DNA from: a virus
Length of the DNA: 37,676 nucleotides
Direction: 5' to 3' (one strand)
IMG/VR virus record: IMGVR_UViG_3300038701_003025
Coordinates: 1-37,676 of that record
Within the stretch, counting starts at the first letter, position 1. Each line of letters opens with the position of its first letter. Position numbers and translations under genes: made by a program. A model generated the notes under the pieces. It was not told where the DNA came from and did not search any database. It saw only the letters and a program-made list of their open reading frames with translations. Positions 25,773 to 35,167 of this stretch are shown here, piece by piece.

Positions 25773-26728
25773 ATTACCTCCTCAAGGTATGTTAAGAATT
25801 TATCGGCGGTCATTTCTTTAACGCACTGCCGATCTTTAAAAAAGCATTTATCAAATTCGTGTTGCCCATTATAAACCATGCACCAGTTTGTTTGGCAAAA
25901 GCGACAATCTACTTCAGGCGCTACAATTTTTATACTGGGGTCTAATTTACCAGAGCGGTATGGGATACGGGTCTTAGGGTCGACGCTAGTAAAGCCGGCT
26001 ATTATAGGCGTTTTAGTAAGCGCTGCCAAATGGAATAATCCTCCATCCATAGTTACCATTGCTTTAGCGCCCCATATAATTTGGAGAGCGGCTAGTATAT
26101 GGGTTTTATTAGTAAGGTCAATTACATGATCTCCAGTAAGCCCGTGCTCCCCGAAACCGGTAGTTTTTAAGCCGGTCTTAGCATTATAAACATTTCCCTT
26201 AGACCCTAATAAAACGAGTTTAAGACCACGGTTTTTAGCAAATTCGCTAATTTTGCCCATGGTAGGTACAGGCATTTCTCGCAAATTATTACGAAAAAAG
26301 GGCGATAAACAGATATAAGGCTCTTTAAGTTTAAAATCTTTTATGTTGGTATTGAAATTAAAATAAGGCATTTCTCTAGGTTCATCGTCCATAGGCATCA
26401 TATCAGTTAAAATATAATTAGCGTAGTCAGTTAAATGGGTGTGAATAGAACTATGCCTACTGATATTGAAAGCTAAGATACCGGTTCTTTTACCGTCTGC
26501 TCCACTAGGCGCTTTTGAAAACGGTCCTACGGATTTATCTGGATAAGCTTTTTGGAAAAAGGGGACCAGATAATCGGGGACCCATATCTTATATTTTTGG
26601 TATGGATAATTTTTAAAGATATTATTTAAAGCGGGGATGCAGTGTAAAATATCTCCTAAACCTCCTGAATTAAGCATTAGGTTTAATACCATTTGCTTTT
26701 CTTTTGGAACGGTAAACTTCCTAGACAT
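25769..26728 (-). CDS. glycosyltransferase family 9 (heptosyltransferase-like)
   Basis: Track ORF 25769..26923 trimmed to the ATG at 26728 (MSRKFTV..., GGAGC upstream). Motifs SGGLGDILHCIPAL and MDGGLFHLAALTKTPIIAGF. Confidence 0.7.
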   Translation of the reverse strand: MSRKFTVPKEKQMVLNLMLNSGGLGDILHCIPALNNIFKNYPYQKYKIWVPDYLVPFFQKAYPDKSVGPFSKAPSGADGKRTGILAFNISRHSSIHTHLTDYANYILTDMMPMDDEPREMPYFNFNTNIKDFKLKEPYICLSPFFRNNLREMPVPTMGKISEFAKNRGLKLVLLGSKGNVYNAKTGLKTTGFGEHGLTGDHVIDLTNKTHILAALQIIWGAKAMVTMDGGLFHLAALTKTPIIAGFTSVDPKTRIPYRSGKLDPSIKIVAPEVDCRFCQTNWCMVYNGQHEFDKCFFKDRQCVKEMTADKFLTYLEEVI

Positions 26729-26729
26729 T

Positions 26730-27239
26730 TTAAGCTCCTGTTTGGTTAAAAAAACGGTTATGCTCTCTTTTAGCCGCCCGATTATATAATTTAGCAGCGC
26801 CTTTTTCAGTGGTTGCTGAGCCAAGGTAAATGGTTTTACCGTTAATTCTAATGTTAGCTCCCCACTTATTTCCACTAGAAAGCTTATAAACCCCCTTGTA
26901 CTTAGAAGATGTTTTTCTAGCACTAGACTTATTATGCTGGTTTTGAGAGAGCGTTGCGCCCCTTAAATTTTTAACATTATTATTATAGGGGTTATTATCT
27001 ATATGATCGATGCACTCGTACTTATCCCAGTCTTTAATAAACGCGCTGGCTACTAACCGATGAACTTTATAGCATTTAGATACGCCGTTATGAGATATTT
27101 TAATCTCTGTTCTATGGCGCTTTACGTTTTTAAAGGTTTTTAAAATTCGGTCACTCTTAATGGAGTAAATTTCCCCTCGGTTTGATGCCATATATTTTCC
27201 GTCAAATCCAGGTATTTCTTTCCATAATTTAATTCGCAT
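26730..27239 (-). mobile_element. free-standing HNH homing endonuclease (NUMOD4-like + HNH + AP2 domains)
   Basis: Motifs WKEIPGFDGKYMASNRGEIYS, HRLVASAF...IDHIDNNPYNNNVKNLR...QNQHN and YKGVY...WGANIRINGKTIYLG...AAKLYN. Confidence 0.8.
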
Positions 27240-27828
27240 AGTTCTCCTTTATAAGTCTATCAAATTTACCCCAATAGTTCTCACCATAATGGGCGTCAAG
27301 GTCTTGTTTATATATACAGCGCTTTGATTTTTTAAGATATTCTAAACGCGGCATACCGATTAAGCCGTTTTCCAAAATATCCCAAACGCTATAGATTCCT
27401 ACTATTATAACATATCTCTGGTCAACAAATCCAGGAATAAGATAATCATTTTTAGTACAATCTTTAAAAAGGCGGTCAGTACCGTGTACTCCATAAGATA
27501 ATACCCAGGATTCGCCGTAGCAATCAGCCGATTCTTTTGTCTGGCTTTTAATATGAAAGTTTTCCTTACCTGCTACAATATCGGCATCCCAACTCTTACC
27601 TTTGGCGTCGTAGATTTGGAAATCGGGAAAAATTGCCGGTAAACCTATCTTCTTTAGAAGCCTATAAGCTCCTATTTCCAATAACTTACCAGATAGAATG
27701 TCGTTAATAATCTTTTCCCGATTCCCTTGTCCACGTTTCTTATAATTAGAAAGGCAAGAATCTGCACATTTTTCTGCAAAATTATGGCACTGTAAAAAGC
27801 GCTCGTCTGAAATTCTTATTTGTATCAT
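27229..27828 (-). CDS. putative PD-(D/E)XK-fold nuclease (199 aa)
   Basis: FPDF ... DADIVAGKENFHIKSQ resembles a D...(D/E)xK core. AAGGAGA RBS. Weak call. Confidence 0.3.
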   Translation of the reverse strand: MIQIRISDERFLQCHNFAEKCADSCLSNYKKRGQGNREKIINDILSGKLLEIGAYRLLKKIGLPAIFPDFQIYDAKGKSWDADIVAGKENFHIKSQTKESADCYGESWVLSYGVHGTDRLFKDCTKNDYLIPGFVDQRYVIIVGIYSVWDILENGLIGMPRLEYLKKSKRCIYKQDLDAHYGENYWGKFDRLIKENYAN

Positions 27829-27837
27829 GCGTTCTCC

Positions 27838-29586
27838 TTATTTCTTATAGTGTTTTGAAACTTCTGATTCAACCCTTACTTCTACGTCAGGAATTACTTG
27901 GCGCATTGCTTTAATCATAATCTCCTCTTGCTGGTTTAATAGTTCGTCTATTTGATTATCTGGAACCTCGCTTACTACTTCATCATGTACAAAAGCTACC
28001 GTATTAATGCCGGCTTTTTCTAAATAAAATAAGGCTAGTTTAGCGCCGTCTGCAGCTAATCCCTGGAAACCAGTATTAAGGTAGGCGGTATATGTGCAGC
28101 TAGCTCTAACCCTACCAGTTAAGGTAGCGTGGTCGATGTTACCGCCAAAAGGGATTTTAACATCCCAATAGCGCTTCATTTCTGGGAAAATATTAGCCCA
28201 TTGCGTTTTTAAATTTAAAGCCTCTTCCTCTGAAAGAAATACGCCGAATTGTTTAGCGTAATCTACAAATGTTTTATGGCTCATATTAGCGCCTAGACCG
28301 AAGTTTAGGATTTTAGCCAGTAAACGCTGCTCTTTAGTTACGTCTTTTTCTTCAATATTATAAATTTGAGAGGCAGCATATTTATGTAAATCCCTACCCT
28401 GGTTAATTAGCTCCCGCATTTTTGATTGACCAAACATAGAATATGTTACTTGAGCCAGCGCTGAAAGTTCAATCGCCGTATAATCAGTAATAATAAAAGA
28501 ATGGTCTTTTTTAGGTACAAACATAGAGCGGATTTCCCCGTCTCTAGGCAATTGTTGAATATTGCAAGCCCCTTCTTTAGAGCCGGTACATGAAGTTCTA
28601 CCTGTATTCATTAATACATTATATCTAGGGTGAACCCTTTCCGTTTTAATATTTGATATAAAAGAGCGCGTTTTTTCAAGCGCGTGATAATCTAAGTAAC
28701 CTTTTATAAACTCGTGTTCTTCTTTAAAAGGCAGTAAGTCCTCTTCCTTGGACGATACTGCTCCTGAATCTGTTTTAGGTAGATCAATACCTAACCATTT
28801 AATGATTCTCTCATATGCTTCGTTTGAGCCAGGGATTCCCCTCGCCCATCCGAATACCCTTAATTTATCCCCTATTTTGCCTAGGCGTTTTTCAGTCCTG
28901 GACAACATTTCCTCTGCCTTATGCAAGTCAAAACCGATACCTCGTTTATAAATCCTATTTAAAGCAAGGCTTCCAGCTACTTGAATAGGTAAAGACAATT
29001 CCTGACTATTACCTATAGTGCCGATTTCAATTTTTAGCCGTTTAAAAAGTTTCCAGGTAGCCAGGACATCTTTTATAGCGTATTCTGCAAATTCCATTGG
29101 AATATCCTCTAATGGCTTACCTAGAAACTGTTCAAAATTGCACCTAACGTCACCCTCTTTTTCTAATTCAATATTAAATATGTGCTGCATTAAAAATTTA
29201 AGCGCACTTCGCCTAGGAACATATCCTTCTACGGCTAAATGGATTAGTTTCCACATAATTTGCGTGTCTTTAATTTGTGAAACATCTATCCAGGGTAAGA
29301 GGTAATTATGCCTTCCTATGGCTTTTTCTATGACATCAATGTCAAAAGGTGCGTTGTGAAAAACTAGCGTTCGGTTTTTAACCGCATCTAAAAATTGCTG
29401 GATATCTTCTTTTCTTACGAAATAAGCCGTATCGCCCCCAGCGTAAGCCTGTAAAGTTACAAGCTCAGGGGTTTCTGTAAATGGGACCATTGTGGTTTCC
29501 GTATCTACAACTATTTCTTCAACTCCTGGGAAACATTTAGATGCTTCCCATATTTCTATTTTAAAAGATTCTCCAGCAAATTCCAT
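27838..29586 (-). CDS. family A DNA polymerase with 3'-5' exonuclease domain
   Basis: Exonuclease motifs VVDTETT, FHNAPFDIDV and YAIKDV. Polymerase motif A ITDYTAIEL, motif B RLLAKILNFGLGANMS and motif C FVHDEVV. Confidence 0.9.
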   Translation of the reverse strand: MEFAGESFKIEIWEASKCFPGVEEIVVDTETTMVPFTETPELVTLQAYAGGDTAYFVRKEDIQQFLDAVKNRTLVFHNAPFDIDVIEKAIGRHNYLLPWIDVSQIKDTQIMWKLIHLAVEGYVPRRSALKFLMQHIFNIELEKEGDVRCNFEQFLGKPLEDIPMEFAEYAIKDVLATWKLFKRLKIEIGTIGNSQELSLPIQVAGSLALNRIYKRGIGFDLHKAEEMLSRTEKRLGKIGDKLRVFGWARGIPGSNEAYERIIKWLGIDLPKTDSGAVSSKEEDLLPFKEEHEFIKGYLDYHALEKTRSFISNIKTERVHPRYNVLMNTGRTSCTGSKEGACNIQQLPRDGEIRSMFVPKKDHSFIITDYTAIELSALAQVTYSMFGQSKMRELINQGRDLHKYAASQIYNIEEKDVTKEQRLLAKILNFGLGANMSHKTFVDYAKQFGVFLSEEEALNLKTQWANIFPEMKRYWDVKIPFGGNIDHATLTGRVRASCTYTAYLNTGFQGLAADGAKLALFYLEKAGINTVAFVHDEVVSEVPDNQIDELLNQQEEIMIKAMRQVIPDVEVRVESEVSKHYKK

Positions 29587-29588
29587 AA

Positions 29589-29996
29589 TTATACCGTCTG
29601 AAATTTCTTAGCGTTAGTAAACTTTCCCTTAGTTACTAAGTCTAAAGTAACTGGTCTACCGTTAAGAACGGACAAGTCTTTCTGACCTTCCAAAACTTCG
29701 TTGACAGTATCCGGACCACATGCCGCTGCTAAAAGCTTTTTCATGCGTTCTCGACCTACTTCTAAAGCCTTGTCACTGGTATTCGATTCAGGAAATCGCT
29801 CCCAGATTCGCCGTTTGTGAAAATCATCTCCAGTAAGTTCAAAAACTACCTCGGTATAAACCATGTCACTAGTTTTTGCCTTTTTACTAAGATTGATCTC
29901 AAGTACACGAGCTTCGTAAAGTCCATTTGGAATTGGCTTAAACTCTTTCTTGTCTCCGCCTAAACCGTTTTCTTTACTAATTCCGCCTAAATTCAT
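29589..29996 (-). CDS. DUF669-like protein (putative ssDNA-binding, 135 aa)
   Basis: The pattern FKPIPNGLYEARVLEI...VVFELTGDDFHKRRIWERF resembles phage DUF669 proteins. AAGGAGG RBS. Confidence 0.4.
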   Translation of the reverse strand: MNLGGISKENGLGGDKKEFKPIPNGLYEARVLEINLSKKAKTSDMVYTEVVFELTGDDFHKRRIWERFPESNTSDKALEVGRERMKKLLAAACGPDTVNEVLEGQKDLSVLNGRPVTLDLVTKGKFTNAKKFQTV

Positions 29997-30319
29997 AATG
30001 CCTCCTTTGGCGTTGTATGGTTGAGATATTCTGTTATAAACTCAACCAGGATTAATTCCGTTGTCATTTCGTCAAAACTTCCTTGTAAGAAGTTTAGTTT
30101 ACTACTATTAAAAAGGTTTTGCAAGGCTTTATTGTAAGCCCATGGGTCTAGTGTGTAATTTTCACTAGTACAGCTTAAATAGTGGCTTAAAAATAAGCCC
30201 AAAACGCCGGTAATAGTGGCAATTTCTTCTTCTTTAACCAGACCTAGGTTTTGCCTTACTGTTTTGTCTAGCGCCTTTTCAGCCGCATCTAAATTAGTCT
30301 CTCTCGGAACGTATTTCAT
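29993..30319 (-). CDS. hypothetical protein (108 aa)
   Basis: Track ORF (TTG at 30322) trimmed to the ATG at 30319. Confidence 0.5.
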   Translation of the reverse strand: MKYVPRETNLDAAEKALDKTVRQNLGLVKEEEIATITGVLGLFLSHYLSCTSENYTLDPWAYNKALQNLFNSSKLNFLQGSFDEMTTELILVEFITEYLNHTTPKEAL

Positions 30320-30485
30320 CAAGTAATTCCGGTTTTAGCATTATAGTGTATGCCAAATGCTTAGCTTTAACGCTGCTTCCTGCATGAGCCTTTTTTAAAT
30401 TCCTATATATTTTCCTTTGTTCTACAGGGTCGTCTGAAAATTGCTTAGCGGCTTCCCTTAGAAACCTGCATACTTTATTTCTCAT
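30294..30485 (-). CDS. hypothetical basic protein (63 aa)
   Basis: AAAGGAT RBS. Overlaps both neighbouring genes. Confidence 0.5.
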   Translation of the reverse strand: MRNKVCRFLREAAKQFSDDPVEQRKIYRNLKKAHAGSSVKAKHLAYTIMLKPELLDEIRSERD

Positions 30486-30822
30486 TATTAAATCCTTTGA
30501 AACGGTTATCTAAATCTACCTCAGGGTCAGCATTTCTTAAAATAGAGCTATAAAGAATCATAGCATTAGCCCCAATATGCAGGGCATGGTGAAAACCTGA
30601 CTCTTTGTCTACGTCTTCCCCTTGCATAAAAAGCATTAAATGCCTTAAAAGAGAATCACAGGGGGTTAGGTAATCCTGTCCTAGGGCGTAGTTAAACTTT
30701 TCGTACTTTACAGCACTTACTGTAATTAGGTGCGCTAAATGGGTAATAAACCGCGGGTCTAATTGTGTTATTTCTGGTTTTCCTGTATTGGCTCTTAACG
30801 AACCGGTTTCACTTCTATGCAT
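30475..30822 (-). CDS. DUF5664-like domain protein (N-terminal domain of dATP/dGTP diphosphohydrolases)
   Basis: The pattern GKPEITQLDPRF...AVKYEKFNY...LLRHLMLFMQGEDVDKESGFHHALH fits my recollection of that family. AAGGAGG RBS. Confidence 0.4.
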   Translation of the reverse strand: MHRSETGSLRANTGKPEITQLDPRFITHLAHLITVSAVKYEKFNYALGQDYLTPCDSLLRHLMLFMQGEDVDKESGFHHALHIGANAMILYSSILRNADPEVDLDNRFKGFNNEK

Positions 30823-30831
30823 TTTTCCTCC

Positions 30832-31608
30832 TTAATATAGTGGATAGATTTTAGGAATATCGTCTTCCCAGTTACCTGTTTTCTTAGCCTCTTTAAATAT
30901 TTCTGCGGCTTCTTTACATTGTTTTCTACCATACTCTAAAAATTCATCACTGGCTTCAACCAGTACCGAGTTTCCACTCTGCTTATTTATGAACCAAAAT
31001 AAAAAGCGCTTTAGTTCCGGCATTTTCTTTTTAAACATGTCCAAATAAAGGGCGGCACTTAAAGCGTATCCATAATTGGCGCAAGCCCGCTGTAAATTAT
31101 AAGTATCACTAATATCCATTGATGTGGTTTTAATATCCAGGATGTAGTCATCTTTAATATAGTCAGCCCGAACCTTAATTGGCATGCCGTTTAGTTTACC
31201 ACAGTAAGTTTTTTCGGCTTCACCGCCCTCCACATATTTAAAAAAGGGCGAGGCTTTTGCCTGTTGTAGGATAAATTGACCATTTGACCATGCGGTAGGG
31301 GTTACAATATCCTTACCCTTGTTTTCTTCTAAAAAAGCTTTATGTTCTACAGTTCCTTTTGACTTAGACCATACGGCAAATTCTTCTTCAACTAAATGTG
31401 GCTCTAAAATTAGAGCGTGTACTAAAGAGCCAAATACAAAATTATGGTTAACCTTTACTTCTTCTTTTTCATTTAAAATATACTTACGGTAAAAGGCAAA
31501 CTTGTCTTTAAGAAGCATTTTTAAAGCGGACGAACTGTAATAAGTCCTATCCGAATGGTATTGTGCGTTTGAGCAATCATTAAAACCGGTTTTTAATATT
31601 TTAGTCAT
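30832..31608 (-). CDS. PD-(D/E)XK exonuclease, RecE/DUF3799-like
   Basis: Motifs YHSDRTYYSSSALK, GSLVHALILEP and IKVRADYIKDDYILDIKTT...YGYALSAALY. Confidence 0.65.
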   Translation of the reverse strand: MTKILKTGFNDCSNAQYHSDRTYYSSSALKMLLKDKFAFYRKYILNEKEEVKVNHNFVFGSLVHALILEPHLVEEEFAVWSKSKGTVEHKAFLEENKGKDIVTPTAWSNGQFILQQAKASPFFKYVEGGEAEKTYCGKLNGMPIKVRADYIKDDYILDIKTTSMDISDTYNLQRACANYGYALSAALYLDMFKKKMPELKRFLFWFINKQSGNSVLVEASDEFLEYGRKQCKEAAEIFKEAKKTGNWEDDIPKIYPLY

Positions 31609-31915
31609 CTAATAGTCCTTTTCTTTTCTTATTAACCCACATTTCAATTCCTCCGTGTTCAATATAATTATATAAATCGTCTTCTGTAAAAATATGGGCT
31701 AAACATTCCTTAAATACTTCATGAGTACAAAGGCGGCTGCTTAGATATTGCCCAAAAACTAAGTCTACTAAAAATTCCTGCGTGTAATCATAACCTTCTT
31801 TTGTAACCGAAATCATATCTCCTTCTCTAATCCAAGCGGTTACTTGTCCTGGTAAAATTTCTTTTTTTTCACTAGTTACTCTATTTCTTTTACTTACTTC
31901 TATTTTCCTAAGCAT
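31601..31915 (-). CDS. hypothetical protein (104 aa)
   Basis: GGAG RBS. Tightly packed between the primase and exonuclease genes. Confidence 0.5.
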   Translation of the reverse strand: MLRKIEVSKRNRVTSEKKEILPGQVTAWIREGDMISVTKEGYDYTQEFLVDLVFGQYLSSRLCTHEVFKECLAHIFTEDDLYNYIEHGGIEMWVNKKRKGLLDD

Positions 31916-31917
31916 CC

Positions 31918-34053
31918 TTACTCCGTTGTAGTATATGTTATTATGCTACTATCTCCCTCACCATTGTGAAAGGCTATTATCTTTTTATCATTAATAAGCT
32001 CTCTAATAATTGTTTCCCTTTCCCTTGGTTTAAGCCAGCGGGTAGCGTCATTAAAATTCGGCTGAGAAATGCCTTCTCCCGATTTTTTAATCAGATTATA
32101 AACCTTTACATATTTTGCCTCCGTTTCATTAGAGAAAATATGGTTTTCTACAACGTCTTCCATAATCCCTCTAAAGTACATTACTACCTGGAAAGCAAAT
32201 TCCACGTCCTCTTTTTCTACAATAGGGACGTTTTTGTGAGTACGGCTACAAGCCGAGATCATGGCGATTTTTAAAGTTTGCTGATAAAGCCTTGAAATAA
32301 TGGGTAAGAGGTTACTGTCCTCGGGAGTATTTTGTCTTTCCTCGTCAAGTTTCCTAAATACTTGATCTAGTAACCGGCTTCCTGGCAAACTTGCTTGAAT
32401 ATCGTAAACTCTTTGAGAAACATCTCCTAATTTAAAGCCAGAATCTTGCGGCGCTTCAAAGTTTTTCCAGAAAAGAAGCGTTTCTTTAACCGAATCTGGT
32501 AATGTAGCCCTACGGGTAATTCTATTGGCGGGCTGCTTACTCTCGCCTTTAAAAATTAGAAAGCGCCCTAGGAGACCTTTTTCAATAGCTTTTCGGTTAA
32601 CGCTTTCGGAAAAACCCGTAGGGGTCGTTGCACATAGCAAACTAACGTTCGGTCTATCGCACATCCCTTTCCTACCTTCAGCGGTCATCCTACCTAGAAA
32701 CCGTGATGATGAACTGGTATATAGTTCGCATAAAATATCTGCCATTTTACCATTATAGGCTTGATTTCCTCCAGTAACTCCTTTTAGAAGTCCTGAAGCC
32801 TCATCTATAATATCTACCCTGCATGGGTTAGTGGCAAGTTCATCCATTAAAGAGGCGTCTGAAACGTAATCTCCAGCGCCAAGTAAATAAAAAGCGTTTA
32901 TTTCTGATAAAACATTTTTTACCTCTTGCATTGGCTGGTCTTTTCCTGAGCCTGAGCCGGCAATATTTAATAAATAAAGGTTGGAGGCTACCCCTTGGAA
33001 TCTAGTTTTGCGTCCAATAAGGGTAGCCATTATGGAGAGAGAGGCGCTAAGGGCAAATGCTGGTTGCTTAACGTATGAGTTTTGGAGGATATAATTTACT
33101 AATCCGCCCAAAGCGCCTGGAGGGTTAAGGAATAATTCTTTTTCCCTTATGTTTTTTTGGTCGTCCTTGTTTTGTTCTTTTTTTTTTAAAATTTCTTCTA
33201 TGTAAGTTTCGTTTACAGCTGAAGCAGTTACCGGGACCTCATATTCCTGGTGTTTTTGAAAACGCTTGGCGTTTACCGACCTTAAATGGTTACTATAAAA
33301 AGTAAGGGCATTGGTAAAAGGTTCGTTATGTCCCCATTGTTGAATGTCTTCAAAAAGTGGTGCTTCGTGGTTTTCCTTATCAAACTTAATTAATTCTGTT
33401 AAAGCGTCGCTTACTGATTTTCCTTCCTGAATTATTTTACCACAAATAGAGCTTAGCGCGTCATTTCTGCCGTTTATTAATTTTACAGAACCGTCCGCTA
33501 CTGTTCCTGGCATCAATACCTGCAGCTTGTTTTGAAGCTCGGGAATTAAGCCGATTGGTAAACGGGGTAAGGTGTCTTTGTCGATGTCTAATAACCCCTT
33601 GTCTTCCCATGTATATTGGATTCCAGAAGGGTGCATGGAAGGAGGAATAGTTACCTTTTTCTTATTACTAAGGATTTCTACTACCACTTCGCCGTTATAT
33701 TTTAAAGAAAAGGATTCTTCCCCACTGTATTTAAAAAATCGCACCCAACCCTTTTTACCGTTTCTTTGGACAGGGGATGAGGGCATCATGTGCTCGATTA
33801 AATCAATAATTTCTGGGTCGGTTGAGTCGAAATCTAGGGCAATTACACCACTTGCCGAACCAAGACAGATATCTATATTGCTTTTGTCGAAAGCGTTTGA
33901 CCATGTAAGATATTCGGTATCTGTTGGCAGTTCATTACAATATTTTGTCCATTCCTTAATAGCAGGTAGTTTTGATTCATATTTTGCAGGAGTGGCGCTA
34001 TATCCTTGTTTAATATAGTCCCTACCATGGTCTTTATAAGCGTTATTACTCAT
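31918..34053 (-). CDS. bifunctional primase-polymerase (Prim-Pol) / helicase-like NTPase
   Basis: N-terminal motifs IALDFDS, GWVRFF and IPPSMHPSGIQYTW. C-terminal Walker A GSGSGKD and Walker B DIIDEASG (DUF3987-like). Confidence 0.75.
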   Translation of the reverse strand: MSNNAYKDHGRDYIKQGYSATPAKYESKLPAIKEWTKYCNELPTDTEYLTWSNAFDKSNIDICLGSASGVIALDFDSTDPEIIDLIEHMMPSSPVQRNGKKGWVRFFKYSGEESFSLKYNGEVVVEILSNKKKVTIPPSMHPSGIQYTWEDKGLLDIDKDTLPRLPIGLIPELQNKLQVLMPGTVADGSVKLINGRNDALSSICGKIIQEGKSVSDALTELIKFDKENHEAPLFEDIQQWGHNEPFTNALTFYSNHLRSVNAKRFQKHQEYEVPVTASAVNETYIEEILKKKEQNKDDQKNIREKELFLNPPGALGGLVNYILQNSYVKQPAFALSASLSIMATLIGRKTRFQGVASNLYLLNIAGSGSGKDQPMQEVKNVLSEINAFYLLGAGDYVSDASLMDELATNPCRVDIIDEASGLLKGVTGGNQAYNGKMADILCELYTSSSSRFLGRMTAEGRKGMCDRPNVSLLCATTPTGFSESVNRKAIEKGLLGRFLIFKGESKQPANRITRRATLPDSVKETLLFWKNFEAPQDSGFKLGDVSQRVYDIQASLPGSRLLDQVFRKLDEERQNTPEDSNLLPIISRLYQQTLKIAMISACSRTHKNVPIVEKEDVEFAFQVVMYFRGIMEDVVENHIFSNETEAKYVKVYNLIKKSGEGISQPNFNDATRWLKPRERETIIRELINDKKIIAFHNGEGDSSIITYTTTE

Positions 34054-34453
34054 GAGAATATTCCCCTTTAATTGTAGCTAATTTTTCCTCTACACATTTA
34101 GTAATAAATTTTATATGTTTTATATTGGCGTTGTAATAATACTCTCGCATTGATATGTATTCTTTTGGTTTGTTTATTGCTAATTTATTGCTGGTCCTAA
34201 CCATTCTAAGTAAACTTTCTAAAGCGTCTTCCGAGCCGTCGAAAGATATAATTTCATCTTTAATTTTACTTTGTTTAATTATAATTTCGGGTTTAGTCGC
34301 GAAATCGTACGCCTTTTTTATAGCAAACCTAAGAAGTGAGAAAATGCCGCCCATTACAAAAGTTTTATATACTAATACCCCTATTAAAATATACATAGCT
34401 AGGTCAGGTAATTCTTTAATTAAACCCGATAACTCTCTTAAAAAATCAATCAT
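34046..34453 (-). CDS. membrane protein (135 aa)
   Basis: Track ORF (TTG at 34465) trimmed to the ATG at 34453 after GGAGGGG. TM segment LAMYILIGVLVYKTFVMGGIFSLL. Confidence 0.5.
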   Translation of the reverse strand: MIDFLRELSGLIKELPDLAMYILIGVLVYKTFVMGGIFSLLRFAIKKAYDFATKPEIIIKQSKIKDEIISFDGSEDALESLLRMVRTSNKLAINKPKEYISMREYYYNANIKHIKFITKCVEEKLATIKGEYSHE

Positions 34454-34959
34454 TTTCCCCTCCAAAAGTGCTTAGTAACCCGTTTTCTATAAATTCTTCT
34501 TAGTTTTGGATTACTTGAATTGTATCTAGTCCACCAATAGCGTTCTTTTTTTGCATAGCGGTTTTTAAAATCGGCTAAAACTTTTGCAGCGCACCCAATA
34601 CTGTAGCTGTAATTAGTTAAAAGAAGCTCTTTATTAGGACAAAAATGGGCTGCGGTGCGCTTATTAATTTGCCCTATGCCATAATCGTCCGAGCTTAAAT
34701 TTAAAGCGCCTAGGCTTAAACTTGACTCCTGGATTAGGATTGCGGTTAAAAGATGCGGGTCTAAATTATTTTCTAAACTATACTTATGCACATATTTAAC
34801 AATCAAGCTGGTTTTATACTCACAAAAATCTGGATTAAATTTTTTTATTTGTTTTTCAATAGGCTTAGCACCGATAGTTTTGATTAAAAAAATCATAACC
34901 GCTAATAAAATTATATTATTAAAATGCACTATAAAAAAACTATCTTTATTGAAGTTCAT
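34450..34959 (-). CDS. membrane-anchored SLT-domain lytic transglycosylase
   Basis: N-terminal TM segment IILLAVMIFLIKTIGA. SLT motifs LIQESS and YGIGQIN. Confidence 0.65.
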   Translation of the reverse strand: MNFNKDSFFIVHFNNIILLAVMIFLIKTIGAKPIEKQIKKFNPDFCEYKTSLIVKYVHKYSLENNLDPHLLTAILIQESSLSLGALNLSSDDYGIGQINKRTAAHFCPNKELLLTNYSYSIGCAAKVLADFKNRYAKKERYWWTRYNSSNPKLRRIYRKRVTKHFWRGK

Positions 34960-35167
34960 TTTTACCCCCGTTAACTAGTTCAAAAACATTATCCATTTCT
35001 AAAATATAGATATTTGCTTGTAAACCGTCGGCAATTTTTTTATCAGAAAACCCTACTTTTTGCATAAATTGTACAAAATCTTCTATAATTTCAGAAGCGG
35101 TTAACTCCTCTGATATTGTTTCGCAGGAAATGTTTTTTAACTGGTCAGTAAAATTAAACTTTTTCAT
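34946..35167 (-). CDS. hypothetical acidic protein (73 aa)
   Basis: GGAGAAAAAG RBS, coupled to its neighbours. Confidence 0.5.
   Translation of the reverse strand: MKKFNFTDQLKNISCETISEELTASEIIEDFVQFMQKVGFSDKKIADGLQANIYILEMDNVFELVNGGKNELQ

Noticed and set aside
26729-26923. N-terminal 65-codon extension of the GT9 ORF in the track (start at 26923).
   Set aside because: It overlaps the 3' end of the HNH endonuclease gene in another frame and has no conserved motifs. The internal ATG at 26728 has its own RBS and sits 1 nt after the HNH stop.
33572-34018. 148-aa + strand ORF inside the primase gene. The same applies to other + strand ORFs at 28748..29305, 31966..32758 and 34155..34475.
   Set aside because: All are antisense to genes with clear catalytic motifs and lack an RBS. 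They are shadow ORFs.
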